This document shows positions 22,705 through 31,900 of a stretch of DNA of 64,000 nucleotides, piece by piece. Every line of letters starts with the position of its first letter. Positions within the stretch are counted from its first letter, which is position 1. The notes beneath the pieces were generated by a model. It ran no database searches, was not told the DNA's origin, and saw only the letters and a list, made by a program, of their open reading frames with translations. Source of the DNA: Bacteroidota bacterium (lineage in GTDB: Bacteria > Bacteroidota > Ignavibacteria > Palsa-1295); contig JAJPIQ010000032.1 of the NCBI GenBank assembly GCA_021324685.1, positions 2,878 to 66,877 of the forward strand. The letters run 5' to 3'. Position numbers and translations under genes: made by a program.

Positions 22705-23340
22705 TCACTTAGGAGTTTGCACGTCGTAACTTGGGTTCGCGCCGTGACCATTTTTATACCAGCCTGATCCGAGTCTTTGTCCGACTGTTCCTAAAAATCC
22801 GCCCGTCAAGGAGCTCATCCCCTGTTGTGCCAGCGAGTCGAAGAAGGATGGCTTCTGTTGCTCTTTTACATCGTTCAGATACTTATTGTAATCGAACGTG
22901 TTGAGCTGCCCTATTTCGCCGAACGCCGTCTCATGCGTAGCTTGGTCGGTCTCCGCGCCTTTTAAGTTCGCGTCGATCATATTGCTCTCGGCCTGTCCGC
23001 GACTCTTATTGTAAAAGGCGCTTTGAACGGCAGCGTTACCCACAAAGTCGGGATCGTTTTGAAACACTCGTTCTTGCTCGCGCGCATTCTCTTCGATGTC
23101 GGCGGCGGCGTGTGTCGCCATATCGGCGCCCAGATGCGATCGCGAGTCTTCTACCGCCTGGTCCGCCATAGCGCCTTCAAACGGGTTCGTGTACGTAGGA
23201 GTGGTGTTGCTGCTTCCGCCGCCAAATGTGCCGAGAAGGCCCCCAATAACAGCGCCTCCTGCGGCGCCCCAAGGACCGAGCGCGGCTCCCATCGATGCAC
23301 CGCTGATCGCGCCGCCTGCAAAATCGCCAAAATCTGCCAT
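22705..23340 (-). CDS. Gly-rich hypothetical virion/tail-associated protein
   Basis: 211 aa with a glycine-rich N-terminus. It is the last gene of the minus-strand structural operon. Confidence 0.4.
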   Translation of the reverse strand: MADFGDFAGGAISGASMGAALGPWGAAGGAVIGGLLGTFGGGSSNTTPTYTNPFEGAMADQAVEDSRSHLGADMATHAAADIEENAREQERVFQNDPDFVGNAAVQSAFYNKSRGQAESNMIDANLKGAETDQATHETAFGEIGQLNTFDYNKYLNDVKEQQKPSFFDSLAQQGMSSLTGGFLGTVGQRLGSGWYKNGHGANPSYDVQTPK

Positions 23341-23343
23341 AGT

Positions 23344-24063
23344 TTAAAAAGACGAAAGCGCTACTCGCCGCCATGAGGCAGGAGCAACGCATACATAATA
23401 GTAGGAGGAGTCGTAGGCTTCGTCGCCGGCATTACCGGGCGATGAGCTGCTGATTGGTGCGCCCGCCCAGTCTTTACGTGCCGATAGATTGCTGCGAGCC
23501 CCGGACGGGGACATAGCGCCCGTTCCGCCATTCGCGATCGCTACAGTTCCGGTAACGTTTGACGCCGTACCCGTGGTGTTCTGGTTCAGCGTTGGGACGT
23601 CGGAAGCGACGATGGCGGATAGCGTAGTATGCGTGCCATCGCTGCGAAGATAGGTTCCGGCCGACTGTGCGCCAGCGAGGACGTCGATCGCGGCTTGTTG
23701 GGTGATCTGACCCGTGCCGCCTTTTGCGATCGGAAGCGTGCCGGTGACGTAAGACTGTGTAAGATCGACGGCTTGCTGCGAGAGCCAGACCGAAGAGTGC
23801 GGTTGTGTGAACGTTTTACTCGTATAGACCGCACCGGCAACCGTGACGCTGGAAAAGATAACGGCCTCCAGCACATACCCGACCGCATCGGTCAAGGATG
23901 TGATGTCCGGCCCTTCGATAAGCTCGGCATACGCGAGTGGCGTCGCGTCGAGAAGCTGCCCCGTCGCGCGGATATTATCCCACTGCGAGCTCACGCTCGT
24001 CGTAATGAGCGGGAAGGAATTATCCGACTGCGCGGCAGTAATATAACGAATACCCTGGACCAT
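23344..24063 (-). CDS. Tail fibre protein
   Basis: Carries the LPIAKGGTGQITQQAAIDVLAGAQSAGTYLRSDGT and IANGGTGAMSPSGARSNL motifs characteristic of phage tail-fibre proteins. Confidence 0.6.
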   Translation of the reverse strand: MVQGIRYITAAQSDNSFPLITTSVSSQWDNIRATGQLLDATPLAYAELIEGPDITSLTDAVGYVLEAVIFSSVTVAGAVYTSKTFTQPHSSVWLSQQAVDLTQSYVTGTLPIAKGGTGQITQQAAIDVLAGAQSAGTYLRSDGTHTTLSAIVASDVPTLNQNTTGTASNVTGTVAIANGGTGAMSPSGARSNLSARKDWAGAPISSSSPGNAGDEAYDSSYYYVCVAPASWRRVALSSF

Positions 24064-24533
24064 TACCAGCTAAAGAGCGGGGCGAATGCCGAGACCCCGG
24101 CAGTCCCCGTCATAATATGATTGACGCTCGTGTAATAAGATCCCGCGTAGAGCCAAATATCGATTCGGTCGAGATCGATCGACAGCGCCGGAGCGACGCA
24201 TGATCCGCGAAAGTCGGCATACCCGAAGATTCCGAATGCAGATCGCTTCATATCCGGAGGCGCCTGAAGGCGAACGGTATCGCGGTACGAAAAGACGACT
24301 GGCTCGAGGACGACTGGCCGGTCTACGACACGCTCCGACATAACCAATACACGCTCGACGGTATCATGGACTATCCGCGTTACCGTGTCATGGACCGTAA
24401 CGACTACTCTGCGAGGTTTTGCTGGGATATATAGCTGGGTCGTCCCATCGGGTTTCACTACCGCCACCTTTCGCTGGGCGTGAGCTGGAAGCGCGAGGCA
24501 CAAAAGAATAAGAGACCAAAGTAAGTAGCGCAC
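24063..24533 (-). CDS. Secreted protein with signal peptide (hypothetical)
   Basis: Signal peptide MRYLLWSLILLCLALPAHA. The C-terminus ends ...FSW (aromatic), which is OMP-like. Confidence 0.4.
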   Translation of the reverse strand: MRYLLWSLILLCLALPAHAQRKVAVVKPDGTTQLYIPAKPRRVVVTVHDTVTRIVHDTVERVLVMSERVVDRPVVLEPVVFSYRDTVRLQAPPDMKRSAFGIFGYADFRGSCVAPALSIDLDRIDIWLYAGSYYTSVNHIMTGTAGVSAFAPLFSW

Positions 24534-24545
24534 TGCGCGCCTCCT

Positions 24546-25145
24546 CTAATTTCGACCGTTGAACTGTTCCATTAGCGAGAGCACTTCTCTCGGATAGCTG
24601 GCTGGGAACCTGGGGCCGTTGTAGCGCCCGATCGCATGATAGAGGTCGTAACGTTTAAACAACGGAGCGTAGAATTTCCCGAAGTATGCGAAGGCGTCGG
24701 AGTCAGGGATGTCGCTGAGGAAGGGAGTTGTACACCCTAACGCGCGAACGTTGACGCCTAAAATTTGGAACCGCGTATGGCTCGAACCCTCCTGGAATAC
24801 CTCCGTGAGGAATGAAGGTATGCCGTGATGTTTTCTACTGAAGGCCGTGCTCCGCGCACGGACCAGTCGCGCCATCTTCGACTGCCCGACCGTATAATTC
24901 CCTTCTGTTCGGATAGCCTGCGGCTCGTGCTTACTTTCCTTCCATGACTCCGCCCGACAAAGATTCGCCGGCAGCCCATACTTCGCTTCCGTTGCTTTCG
25001 CCAACGAGTCGAGTTCCGGCGTCCACCGCTCTGCTTCAATCGTCGAGTCCAGGGGCGAAAGTCGATAGCTAACCTGAGGGCCAATGGGAGCGTGGTTCGG
25101 GAACGGAAAGATGAGAAGATATATAAAAATGAGAAAATTCAGCAT
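24546..25145 (-). CDS. Membrane-anchored hypothetical protein, weak lytic-transglycosylase-like features
   Basis: N-terminal hydrophobic segment. An ESWKE...VGQSKM stretch is loosely SLT-like, so the assignment is tentative. Confidence 0.3.
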   Translation of the reverse strand: MLNFLIFIYLLIFPFPNHAPIGPQVSYRLSPLDSTIEAERWTPELDSLAKATEAKYGLPANLCRAESWKESKHEPQAIRTEGNYTVGQSKMARLVRARSTAFSRKHHGIPSFLTEVFQEGSSHTRFQILGVNVRALGCTTPFLSDIPDSDAFAYFGKFYAPLFKRYDLYHAIGRYNGPRFPASYPREVLSLMEQFNGRN

Positions 25146-25891
25146 TACAGCTCGACTGCGGAAATAGTTACGTTCTTGACGTTAGCGGAGGATGCACCAC
25201 CCGCAGGCATTGCAACCGCCATATCCAGCCAATAGGCAATACCGATCGTTAGACCGGTTACTAAGTTTGTGCAGCAGAAGGGCGCCGTCATGATCGACGC
25301 ATTGTTTTGTTGAGTCATTTGCACGGATAAGCTTGCGGTCCCCGTCAGCGATGCACCATTCGAAGGAGCCGTGCTAGTGCCATAATAAAGCATTGTCTTT
25401 GCGACGGAACCATTCGAAACAGAGCCGAACGTGAGATACCCAGTCGCGATGAGTAAAAGTGTTCCCGATTTTGCCGGCGTAATGGACCCGGCAATACCCA
25501 TCATCAGACCAGTCGTGTTGGTAGTACCTGTGGGAGATGCCGACGTTACTTGCGCGCTCGCGGGCGTTACCCAAGTAGGAAGACCGCTTGCTACGCTCAA
25601 AGTTTGTCCCGTTGAACCCACGGCAAGCCTTGTCGGCGCGGGCGTAGAGTTCTCGATAATAATATCGCCGGCAGTCGTCATCGGATTTGACATCCCACTT
25701 CCACCACTGCCACCAGCCGTTTGCCACATACTACCATCGTAATACTTCAGCACGTTTGACGTCGTGTCGAAATAGATTTGTCCTGTTCCTGGCGTCGAGG
25801 GAGCGCTCGCAAGATTTTGGACCACTCCATTTCTGATCTCGTTCTTTAGGAGATCGACCGGCGATCCAAAGGTACGCGGTTGAAGACTCAT
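25145..25891 (-). CDS. Tail fibre protein (paralog B)
   Basis: N-terminus MSLQPRTFGSPVDLLKNEIRNGVVQNLASAPSTPGTGQIYFDTT is shared with the upstream paralog. It also has the MTTAGDIIIENSTPAPTRLAVGSTGQTLSVASGLPTWV tail-fibre motif. Confidence 0.65.
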   Translation of the reverse strand: MSLQPRTFGSPVDLLKNEIRNGVVQNLASAPSTPGTGQIYFDTTSNVLKYYDGSMWQTAGGSGGSGMSNPMTTAGDIIIENSTPAPTRLAVGSTGQTLSVASGLPTWVTPASAQVTSASPTGTTNTTGLMMGIAGSITPAKSGTLLLIATGYLTFGSVSNGSVAKTMLYYGTSTAPSNGASLTGTASLSVQMTQQNNASIMTAPFCCTNLVTGLTIGIAYWLDMAVAMPAGGASSANVKNVTISAVEL

Positions 25892-25892
25892 A

Positions 25893-27029
25893 TTATCCTA
25901 AAACAATGACGGTGAACTGCCCGCTCGTGGGCGTAATGCCGTTGGTATTAATTGTAATCTGCGACGTGCTTGTGTGTTGCACGTCGAACTCGACTTGCTG
26001 ATAAGGAGATGCCGTATAGTAAATCTGGACGATTACCGCCTGTGTGCCAAGACTATGGGTAATTGTAAAGCTTGTGGAACTTCCGTCGCCGAAGGTTGTC
26101 GTATATATGTACGGAACTTTCGTATGGTCGACCTTGACGCCAGACCCTGTGACAGCAATACCAGTATCCGCAACGACGCTGAATACCGTGCTTGCAAGCT
26201 GAAGGCCGTTGCCAGCACTGTAGGAGGTTGGTGCGGCAATCTGAGTGAACGTGATCGCCGTCGTACCGACTGTCGGAGCCGACGTGTTGCCGTTAAGCCA
26301 GATTGTATTCTTATTCGTTGTCCCGTCCGGACCGACCGGAACGAATCCGCCCTGAAATTCTCCCGACGTGTCCATATCGACGTGTCGGGTAAGAATGTAT
26401 GGGTGAGTTCCATCGCCAGCCTGCGTAACGGTGTAAAGACCGTTATTTGCGCCAGTGGCCTCATTTTTTACAAGAACGACATCATTGGTGACGACAGTAT
26501 ATCCGTCGATTGTAAGCGCTCCATTCGAATTTGCAGTGAGCGTTGCGCCAACCCCCGAGGTGCCGTTCGTATATGTGTTTGCGGGTAGTGCGGTCGTTGT
26601 CGCGACCATTGCAGTGGGCTTTTGAGTCAAGCCCTGCACGCTCGAATCAACGTAGCCTTTCGTTGCCGCATCTGTCGAAGACACCGGTGTCGCGAGGTTC
26701 GTCAGTTTATGACTATTCATCGAGACATCCGCAGCCGGCGCCGAGAAGCTATCGAGCGTGTAACCTTTTACGGTCGTCGCAAGATCCGAGATTGTGCTCG
26801 AAGTTTGCGAACCGGTATGGTTCGCACGATTCAGTAAAAACGATTTATCCGCGAAGTACGCCCACGCACCATTTTGGTACGTGCCGTACTGATGAAGCGT
26901 GGTGTCGTAATAACACTGACCTTCCACCGGCGACGAGGGGGCCGATGAAAGGTTCTGCATTACTGAATTTCTGACCTCGTTTTTCTGGAGGTCGATGTGC
27001 GTGCCAAAGAGTCGGGGCTGAAGGGACAT
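25893..27029 (-). CDS. Tail fibre protein (paralog A)
   Basis: N-terminus MSLQPRLFGTHIDLQKNEVRNSVMQNLSSAPSSPVEGQCYYDTT. The beta-rich C-terminal domain is unrelated to paralog B. Confidence 0.65.
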   Translation of the reverse strand: MSLQPRLFGTHIDLQKNEVRNSVMQNLSSAPSSPVEGQCYYDTTLHQYGTYQNGAWAYFADKSFLLNRANHTGSQTSSTISDLATTVKGYTLDSFSAPAADVSMNSHKLTNLATPVSSTDAATKGYVDSSVQGLTQKPTAMVATTTALPANTYTNGTSGVGATLTANSNGALTIDGYTVVTNDVVLVKNEATGANNGLYTVTQAGDGTHPYILTRHVDMDTSGEFQGGFVPVGPDGTTNKNTIWLNGNTSAPTVGTTAITFTQIAAPTSYSAGNGLQLASTVFSVVADTGIAVTGSGVKVDHTKVPYIYTTTFGDGSSTSFTITHSLGTQAVIVQIYYTASPYQQVEFDVQHTSTSQITINTNGITPTSGQFTVIVLG

Positions 27030-27032
27030 TAT

Positions 27033-27389
27033 TTAATTCAAGAACGCCTGCCCGGCAAGGGCGGCTGTAAAATAAATCGTGATGTTGTTCGAGTCGAGGT
27101 AGTGGACATCCGCCTCGACTTCTCGCCCGAGCGAATCGATAACCGTTACGCTCGGGTAATAGCCTAAGTTATGCGCGATATTCCAGATAGTGGATGCAGT
27201 TCCCTGAGTATAATCAAAATTTCCACGCGCTGGCCCTATCGGCCCTTGTACGCCTTGAGGACCTGGCGGTCCCTGCTGGGACGCATAACGCACGGTCGTA
27301 ACCGGCGCTACCTTGGACTCTACCTTAAAGACCGGTGTGTCGAGGACGATGACTGTCGTCTTCGTGACCGTCGTATTTACATCCGGCAT
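27033..27389 (-). CDS. Collagen-like repeat protein (tail-fibre-associated)
   Basis: Contains GPPGPQGVQGPIGPARG Gly-X-Y repeats. Confidence 0.45.
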   Translation of the reverse strand: MPDVNTTVTKTTVIVLDTPVFKVESKVAPVTTVRYASQQGPPGPQGVQGPIGPARGNFDYTQGTASTIWNIAHNLGYYPSVTVIDSLGREVEADVHYLDSNNITIYFTAALAGQAFLN

Positions 27390-27392
27390 AGC

Positions 27393-27746
27393 TTAGGGCG
27401 TATATCCGGGCATCGGCTCGATGACGCCTTCGAAGACTGGCAGTGAATCGGTGCTCGAGTCCAGGAAAAAATCGTAGTTTAGCGTCGCCGAGCCGAGCGT
27501 CGTCTCCGTCTGAGTCTTCGTTAAGCTTAGTTCCACAACGCCGCCGGTCGTATCGATCACATTGACGGTCGGCGTGACGACGATTGCGCCGGTATTCTGA
27601 TCGACGAACGAACACCGGACGGTGTACCCGGTGAGGTCGAACGGCGCGCCGGCTTGCGTAAACTCTAAATGCCAAAGCCACCCGCCGTTGCGTTTAATTT
27701 TGTGGTTGAGGACCTCTGGCTCGCGTAAATACAGTGTCTCGGCCAT
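27393..27746 (-). CDS. Hypothetical phage protein
   Basis: 117-aa ORF that overlaps the upstream gene by 53 nt in another frame. Confidence 0.35.
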   Translation of the reverse strand: MAETLYLREPEVLNHKIKRNGGWLWHLEFTQAGAPFDLTGYTVRCSFVDQNTGAIVVTPTVNVIDTTGGVVELSLTKTQTETTLGSATLNYDFFLDSSTDSLPVFEGVIEPMPGYTP

Positions 27747-28122
27747 CGACTACGAAATAAGAGGAAGGAGGATTGTCTGTGTAGGTGTCGTCGCGAGTGG
27801 GAGTTACCGCCTCCTGCGCTTCGATGCGGGCCAGCCGGGCTTCGTGGCTCGTGGTGATCCGTGTGAGCGCCGCGATTTGGGAACCCTGCCCGAAGCTGGA
27901 ATCGCGCAGGCATCGCACGTCGGCCTTCACGCTTCGAATGTCTTCCGGTACTGCGCGGAGGCTGTCGAAGTCGACGAGGAGCGTCTTGACATTATCCTTC
28001 GTCTCGGTATAGTCGATAACGCCCTTGACGATCTTCGTAGTCAGCGAGATAAAGATTCCGAGACATAAGCTGATGATGGAAATAACGATCTGAGCCGATA
28101 CTTTTTTCTTATCTTCAGACAT
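27694..28122 (-). CDS. Membrane protein with N-terminal TM helix and coiled coil (i-spanin-like?)
   Basis: TM segment VSAQIVISIISLCLGIFISLTTKIV followed by a helical region (ARLARIEAQEA). Confidence 0.35.
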   Translation of the reverse strand: MSEDKKKVSAQIVISIISLCLGIFISLTTKIVKGVIDYTETKDNVKTLLVDFDSLRAVPEDIRSVKADVRCLRDSSFGQGSQIAALTRITTSHEARLARIEAQEAVTPTRDDTYTDNPPSSYFVVDGRDTVFTRARGPQPQN

Positions 28123-28125
28123 GGG

Positions 28126-28776
28126 CTAATAGATATGAAAGCCGAGACCCGCTCGACCGGATAGACCATAAAGAAGGGAAAGTTCAGGGCTCACTAAAAT
28201 CGACACGCCTCCGATCCGAAGGGAGCCGTCGAGCGTGAGCGTAATGTCTCGCGCGCCGCCGACCGCTTCATACAGCACGTCTCCGTCGAGGGACAGGACG
28301 TCTTCCTTGCGTTCGACGACGTCCTCGCGCACGTCCACGGTCGTATCGTGAACGGTCACGTAGACGGGAGCGTGGCGGACCTGAAATGCGAGGATCATTT
28401 TGTCGCGAGGAACGACGTATCCCTCCACCGTGTCGCAGCCCGAATTATCAGCACGACACAGCGCCGTATCGATTGCGAAGGGCTCGCAAGAGGAAGTGTC
28501 CGCAAATTCGCGGGTTCCCACGGCGGTCGGTGAGAGAACGGAAGTGGGGAGGGATACGCGCTCGCGAGAGGTGAGACGCCGGCCGGTGAGAATGGCGGCC
28601 GTGATTGGAGGCGGGAGGACCGCCTCGACGCGATCGCGAACCGTGGAGGTGGAGTCGCGATTCGTGGAAAGCACCGCGCCGGTAGGACGTGGTCCATTCG
28701 GGCATCGATGCGTAAACCAACCGATGAGGAAGGCTAACGCGATGGCTGCTAAGACGTACGGGAGTCTTAGGGACAT
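28126..28776 (-). CDS. Hypothetical exported/membrane protein
   Basis: N-terminal hydrophobic segment MSLRLPYVLAAIALAFLIGW on a 216-aa protein. Confidence 0.35.
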   Translation of the reverse strand: MSLRLPYVLAAIALAFLIGWFTHRCPNGPRPTGAVLSTNRDSTSTVRDRVEAVLPPPITAAILTGRRLTSRERVSLPTSVLSPTAVGTREFADTSSCEPFAIDTALCRADNSGCDTVEGYVVPRDKMILAFQVRHAPVYVTVHDTTVDVREDVVERKEDVLSLDGDVLYEAVGGARDITLTLDGSLRIGGVSILVSPELSLLYGLSGRAGLGFHIY

Positions 28777-28919
28777 ATTTTGAAAGAAGGGCTATGCACA
28801 ACCGGGCCGGGGAGACCTAATTGTGCCGTTACGAGGTGCTTGGGGGAAAAGGGAACGCCCCTCGCGGGAGACGGAGAGGCGTATAATAATACAACGAAAA
28901 AACGCCAAAAAAGTTCGAC

Positions 28920-31900
28920 TTAGGGGGTCGGGACGAGGACTCGCGTTGCTCCGCGGGATGGCACGCCAGCCGCGAGCCGTTGGAACCTATCGCGATACTC
29001 TTTTAGCATTTTCGGATCGGTGTTTTCGTCGCTAAGCCGGCGTATCTTATCGCGAAGAGTGGGAAGCAGAACTTCTCGTTCCGCGGGGGACGCGGCTTCG
29101 AACACCCGGAGCGCCTGGTCCGGGGAGTCGGATTTGAAGTCGTGCGTAAAGCCTGACTCCTTCGACTCCTTTGTAATCGTCTTCCAGTCGCTGGGCGTGA
29201 TCTTGCCTTCCTTAATGTAGCGATCTCGAAGCGCCGCTGCCTGCCCCGCCTCTCCGTTGCGAAGAAGTCGAAGGAGTTCCGACTTATGCGAAGAGTGCTC
29301 GGCGGTCTCCTGGGTGCGCCCACCCTCGGTATAACGGGCCTGCGTGTAACGCTGCTGGACGGCTTCCGCGTCGGTCTGGTAGAGCTCTCGACGCGCGGGC
29401 TTGATTCCGATAAAAGCTCCCGCCGTAACGGCGAGCTTGTTATGCGTCCCTTCCTCCAGCTCGTTTCTGATAGCGGTCGCCGTGAAGGGAATGAAGTCGC
29501 TCGCAACGTAGAGTCCGCGATCCACCCATTGACGCCAGAACGGATCGTCGGGGTTAACAACGTTGTCGCCATAGTGCCCTTTATTCGTAAGCAGTGTGGC
29601 AACGGTACTGAAGACCGGAGCGAGCTTCCCGATGATCGTACCTTTCGGGTCTTTGTATGTGGAATACAAATCCGTAAAGTAGTCCTTAATCGAAAGGCGC
29701 CGCTCGTCGCCGAGATCGTCGACGTCACCCGACGAAGGGAGGATAAGGTCCTTCACGTCCTTCGGCGCGTGGTGCGCGAGGAGCCCGGTGATAAGTGCTG
29801 CGGTGAACGCATGCGTCATCGTCAGCGCCAGCATATAGGCCGTCCGCTGAGTGAGTTCGGGGTTGTTTCCCTCCCAGAGGTTATGAGCGGTACGCGCCGC
29901 GTCGACGAGCGAGCCCGTAAAGGCGCGAGCGGTTCCAAAGTTCCAGCCGGTCGCAAGGAATGTCTGAAGGAGCTTATCCTTTACCGCCCGATCCCAGAAC
30001 AGATTCGAATAGATGACCTGTCCAAAAATGTTGTCGACGTGATCGACGGCCTTCGCCGTCATTTTCTTTATGTCGGCCTCGCTGGTTACCGGATGATCGG
30101 CGTCCGCCAAATCGTCTAAGACGAGCTGTTTTACGGCCGCCGCCTTCATAGCGGGAACCCAGTAGTCCATAATCGGCGCAGCCGCCTGCTCGAGCGCGGC
30201 CATCAAGCCTTTCGCCGCGACTCCGGGCTTCAGTAGCTCTCCTTTCCCCAGAGCCTTCGCCGTAGCCCCCAGGGTATTCGCGAGACCGGGAGCATTGTTG
30301 CCGATCGCCTCGCGGAACTTCTGGCGCATCCGGGAATCGTAGTACGGGTCCTTACCACCCTGAAAGCCGCCTAAGACGGCGCGGTTCACGACGGTGTCGA
30401 GATACTCACCCTCGGAGCCCGGCGCAGCATACGCTTTTAGGAATTGCTGTCCTTCGCGGAACTTCTTTTTCAGGTTAAAACTGTCCTTCAACGCCTGCGC
30501 GGACTCATCGAAGCGACCTTTAAATCCCAGCACCATCGCGCGACCAAGGTCATTAATAACGCTGTTGTAAGCCGTCTCGAATCCGTGGAAGGCCGAGAGG
30601 GAGAGCTTCGCCATACTCGCGGTATTATTGTAAGCCCGCAGGGCGTCGAAAGCGATGCTTTTGCCGGCAAGCCCAGGCGAGAGATAGTTCTTTAAAACCT
30701 GGTACTCGCCGTCTCGAATCGCGTACCACCCGCGAACGATTCGCGTCGGATCGCGGGCATCCTGTGTATGAAACCCGATTTCGACGCCTGGTTTAATATA
30801 CCGAAACGCATTCAACTCCGGGACCGACTGAAGGACCTTGTCGAACTTGTCGGCTAAGTGCGGCGCGACTTCGTTGAGGAGATCGGGTGCCATAACGTAG
30901 GCATGCGCCAGGTTCGCCATCTGCTCTTCCGGCGACTGAAGGTAGGCGAGGTATTTATCGCTCGCGTGGCCGCCCGTGCTCTTGACGCGCTGTAACGCAA
31001 GCTCCTCCGCCTCGTGTCGTAGAAGAGGATCGCCCCCTACTACTTTATTGTAGAGGTCGAATTTATTATCCATCACGTGGCCGACCTCGTGAACTTTTAC
31101 GCCGTCGCCAGAACCGAAGAGCGTTTTAATCACCGAGCTCATGCGATTGCCGCGCTCGCCCAACGTCCGGACGTATCCACCCACGACGCCGGTTCGCGCG
31201 CCGGTCTTCTTTAAGTTCACTTCGCGCCCCATCTGAATGTCGGGCTCGAGCGTTTTCGTGAAGGCGTCAAGCTGGTCGTGAAGGTTCTGGTCGATCGCCT
31301 CCGTTACAGTGTGCTGTACGCGACCATAGACAGTGAAATTCGGATCGGATTTATCCAGCGTGTATCCTTCCGGCACGGTGACGCCCTGCCGATTCGGAAT
31401 AAAGACACGGGTTCCCGCGCGGTCTGCGAGGGAGTTAGAAATCTCTTCGCCCGCGATAAATCGATTGATGGAGGCGAGCTTCGTGCGGACCATATCGGCG
31501 GGGTTCCAGGAGGCCGGTTCGAGACCAGCTTTCAGTCCCTCGTACATATCGGCATAGTAGCGCTGCTTCATAAAAGACTTATCGCCTTTTAACAATCGCT
31601 GCATTCGAGCCGGGTCCGAGTAATACGCCTTCGCCTTAACCGGGTCCTTCCAGACGTGCGGGAAATAGTTCTCGTAAAACGTTTTGAGCGCCTCCGGGCT
31701 TACGGCATGGAGACGATCGCGAGCGGCTGTAAAAAGGTTGTCGAAAAGCGTACGTGCCTGCTGGAGTTTTGGGTCTGCGTGCGGTAGCCCGTAGTCCGCG
31801 TCGTACATAAATTCCGCAGCCTGCGACCGCGTCATGTTCGACATGTATTGATGCGCGTCTTTAATCGCCTCGTCCGTAATCTTCGCCTGCTGCATCCGTC

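Noticed and set aside
23344-23450. A diversity-generating retroelement target was considered because the tail-fibre C-terminus is Tyr/Asn/Ser-rich (…DEAYDSSYYYVCVAPASW).
   Set aside because: No reverse transcriptase ORF and no nearby template-repeat copy of the 3' end could be found in the window.
27694-27746. The 53-nt overlap between 27694-28122 and 27393-27746 was considered as a programmed tail-chaperone frameshift (G/GT-like).
   Set aside because: The pair lies downstream of the giant protein rather than upstream, there is no slippery heptamer, and simple gene overlap explains it.
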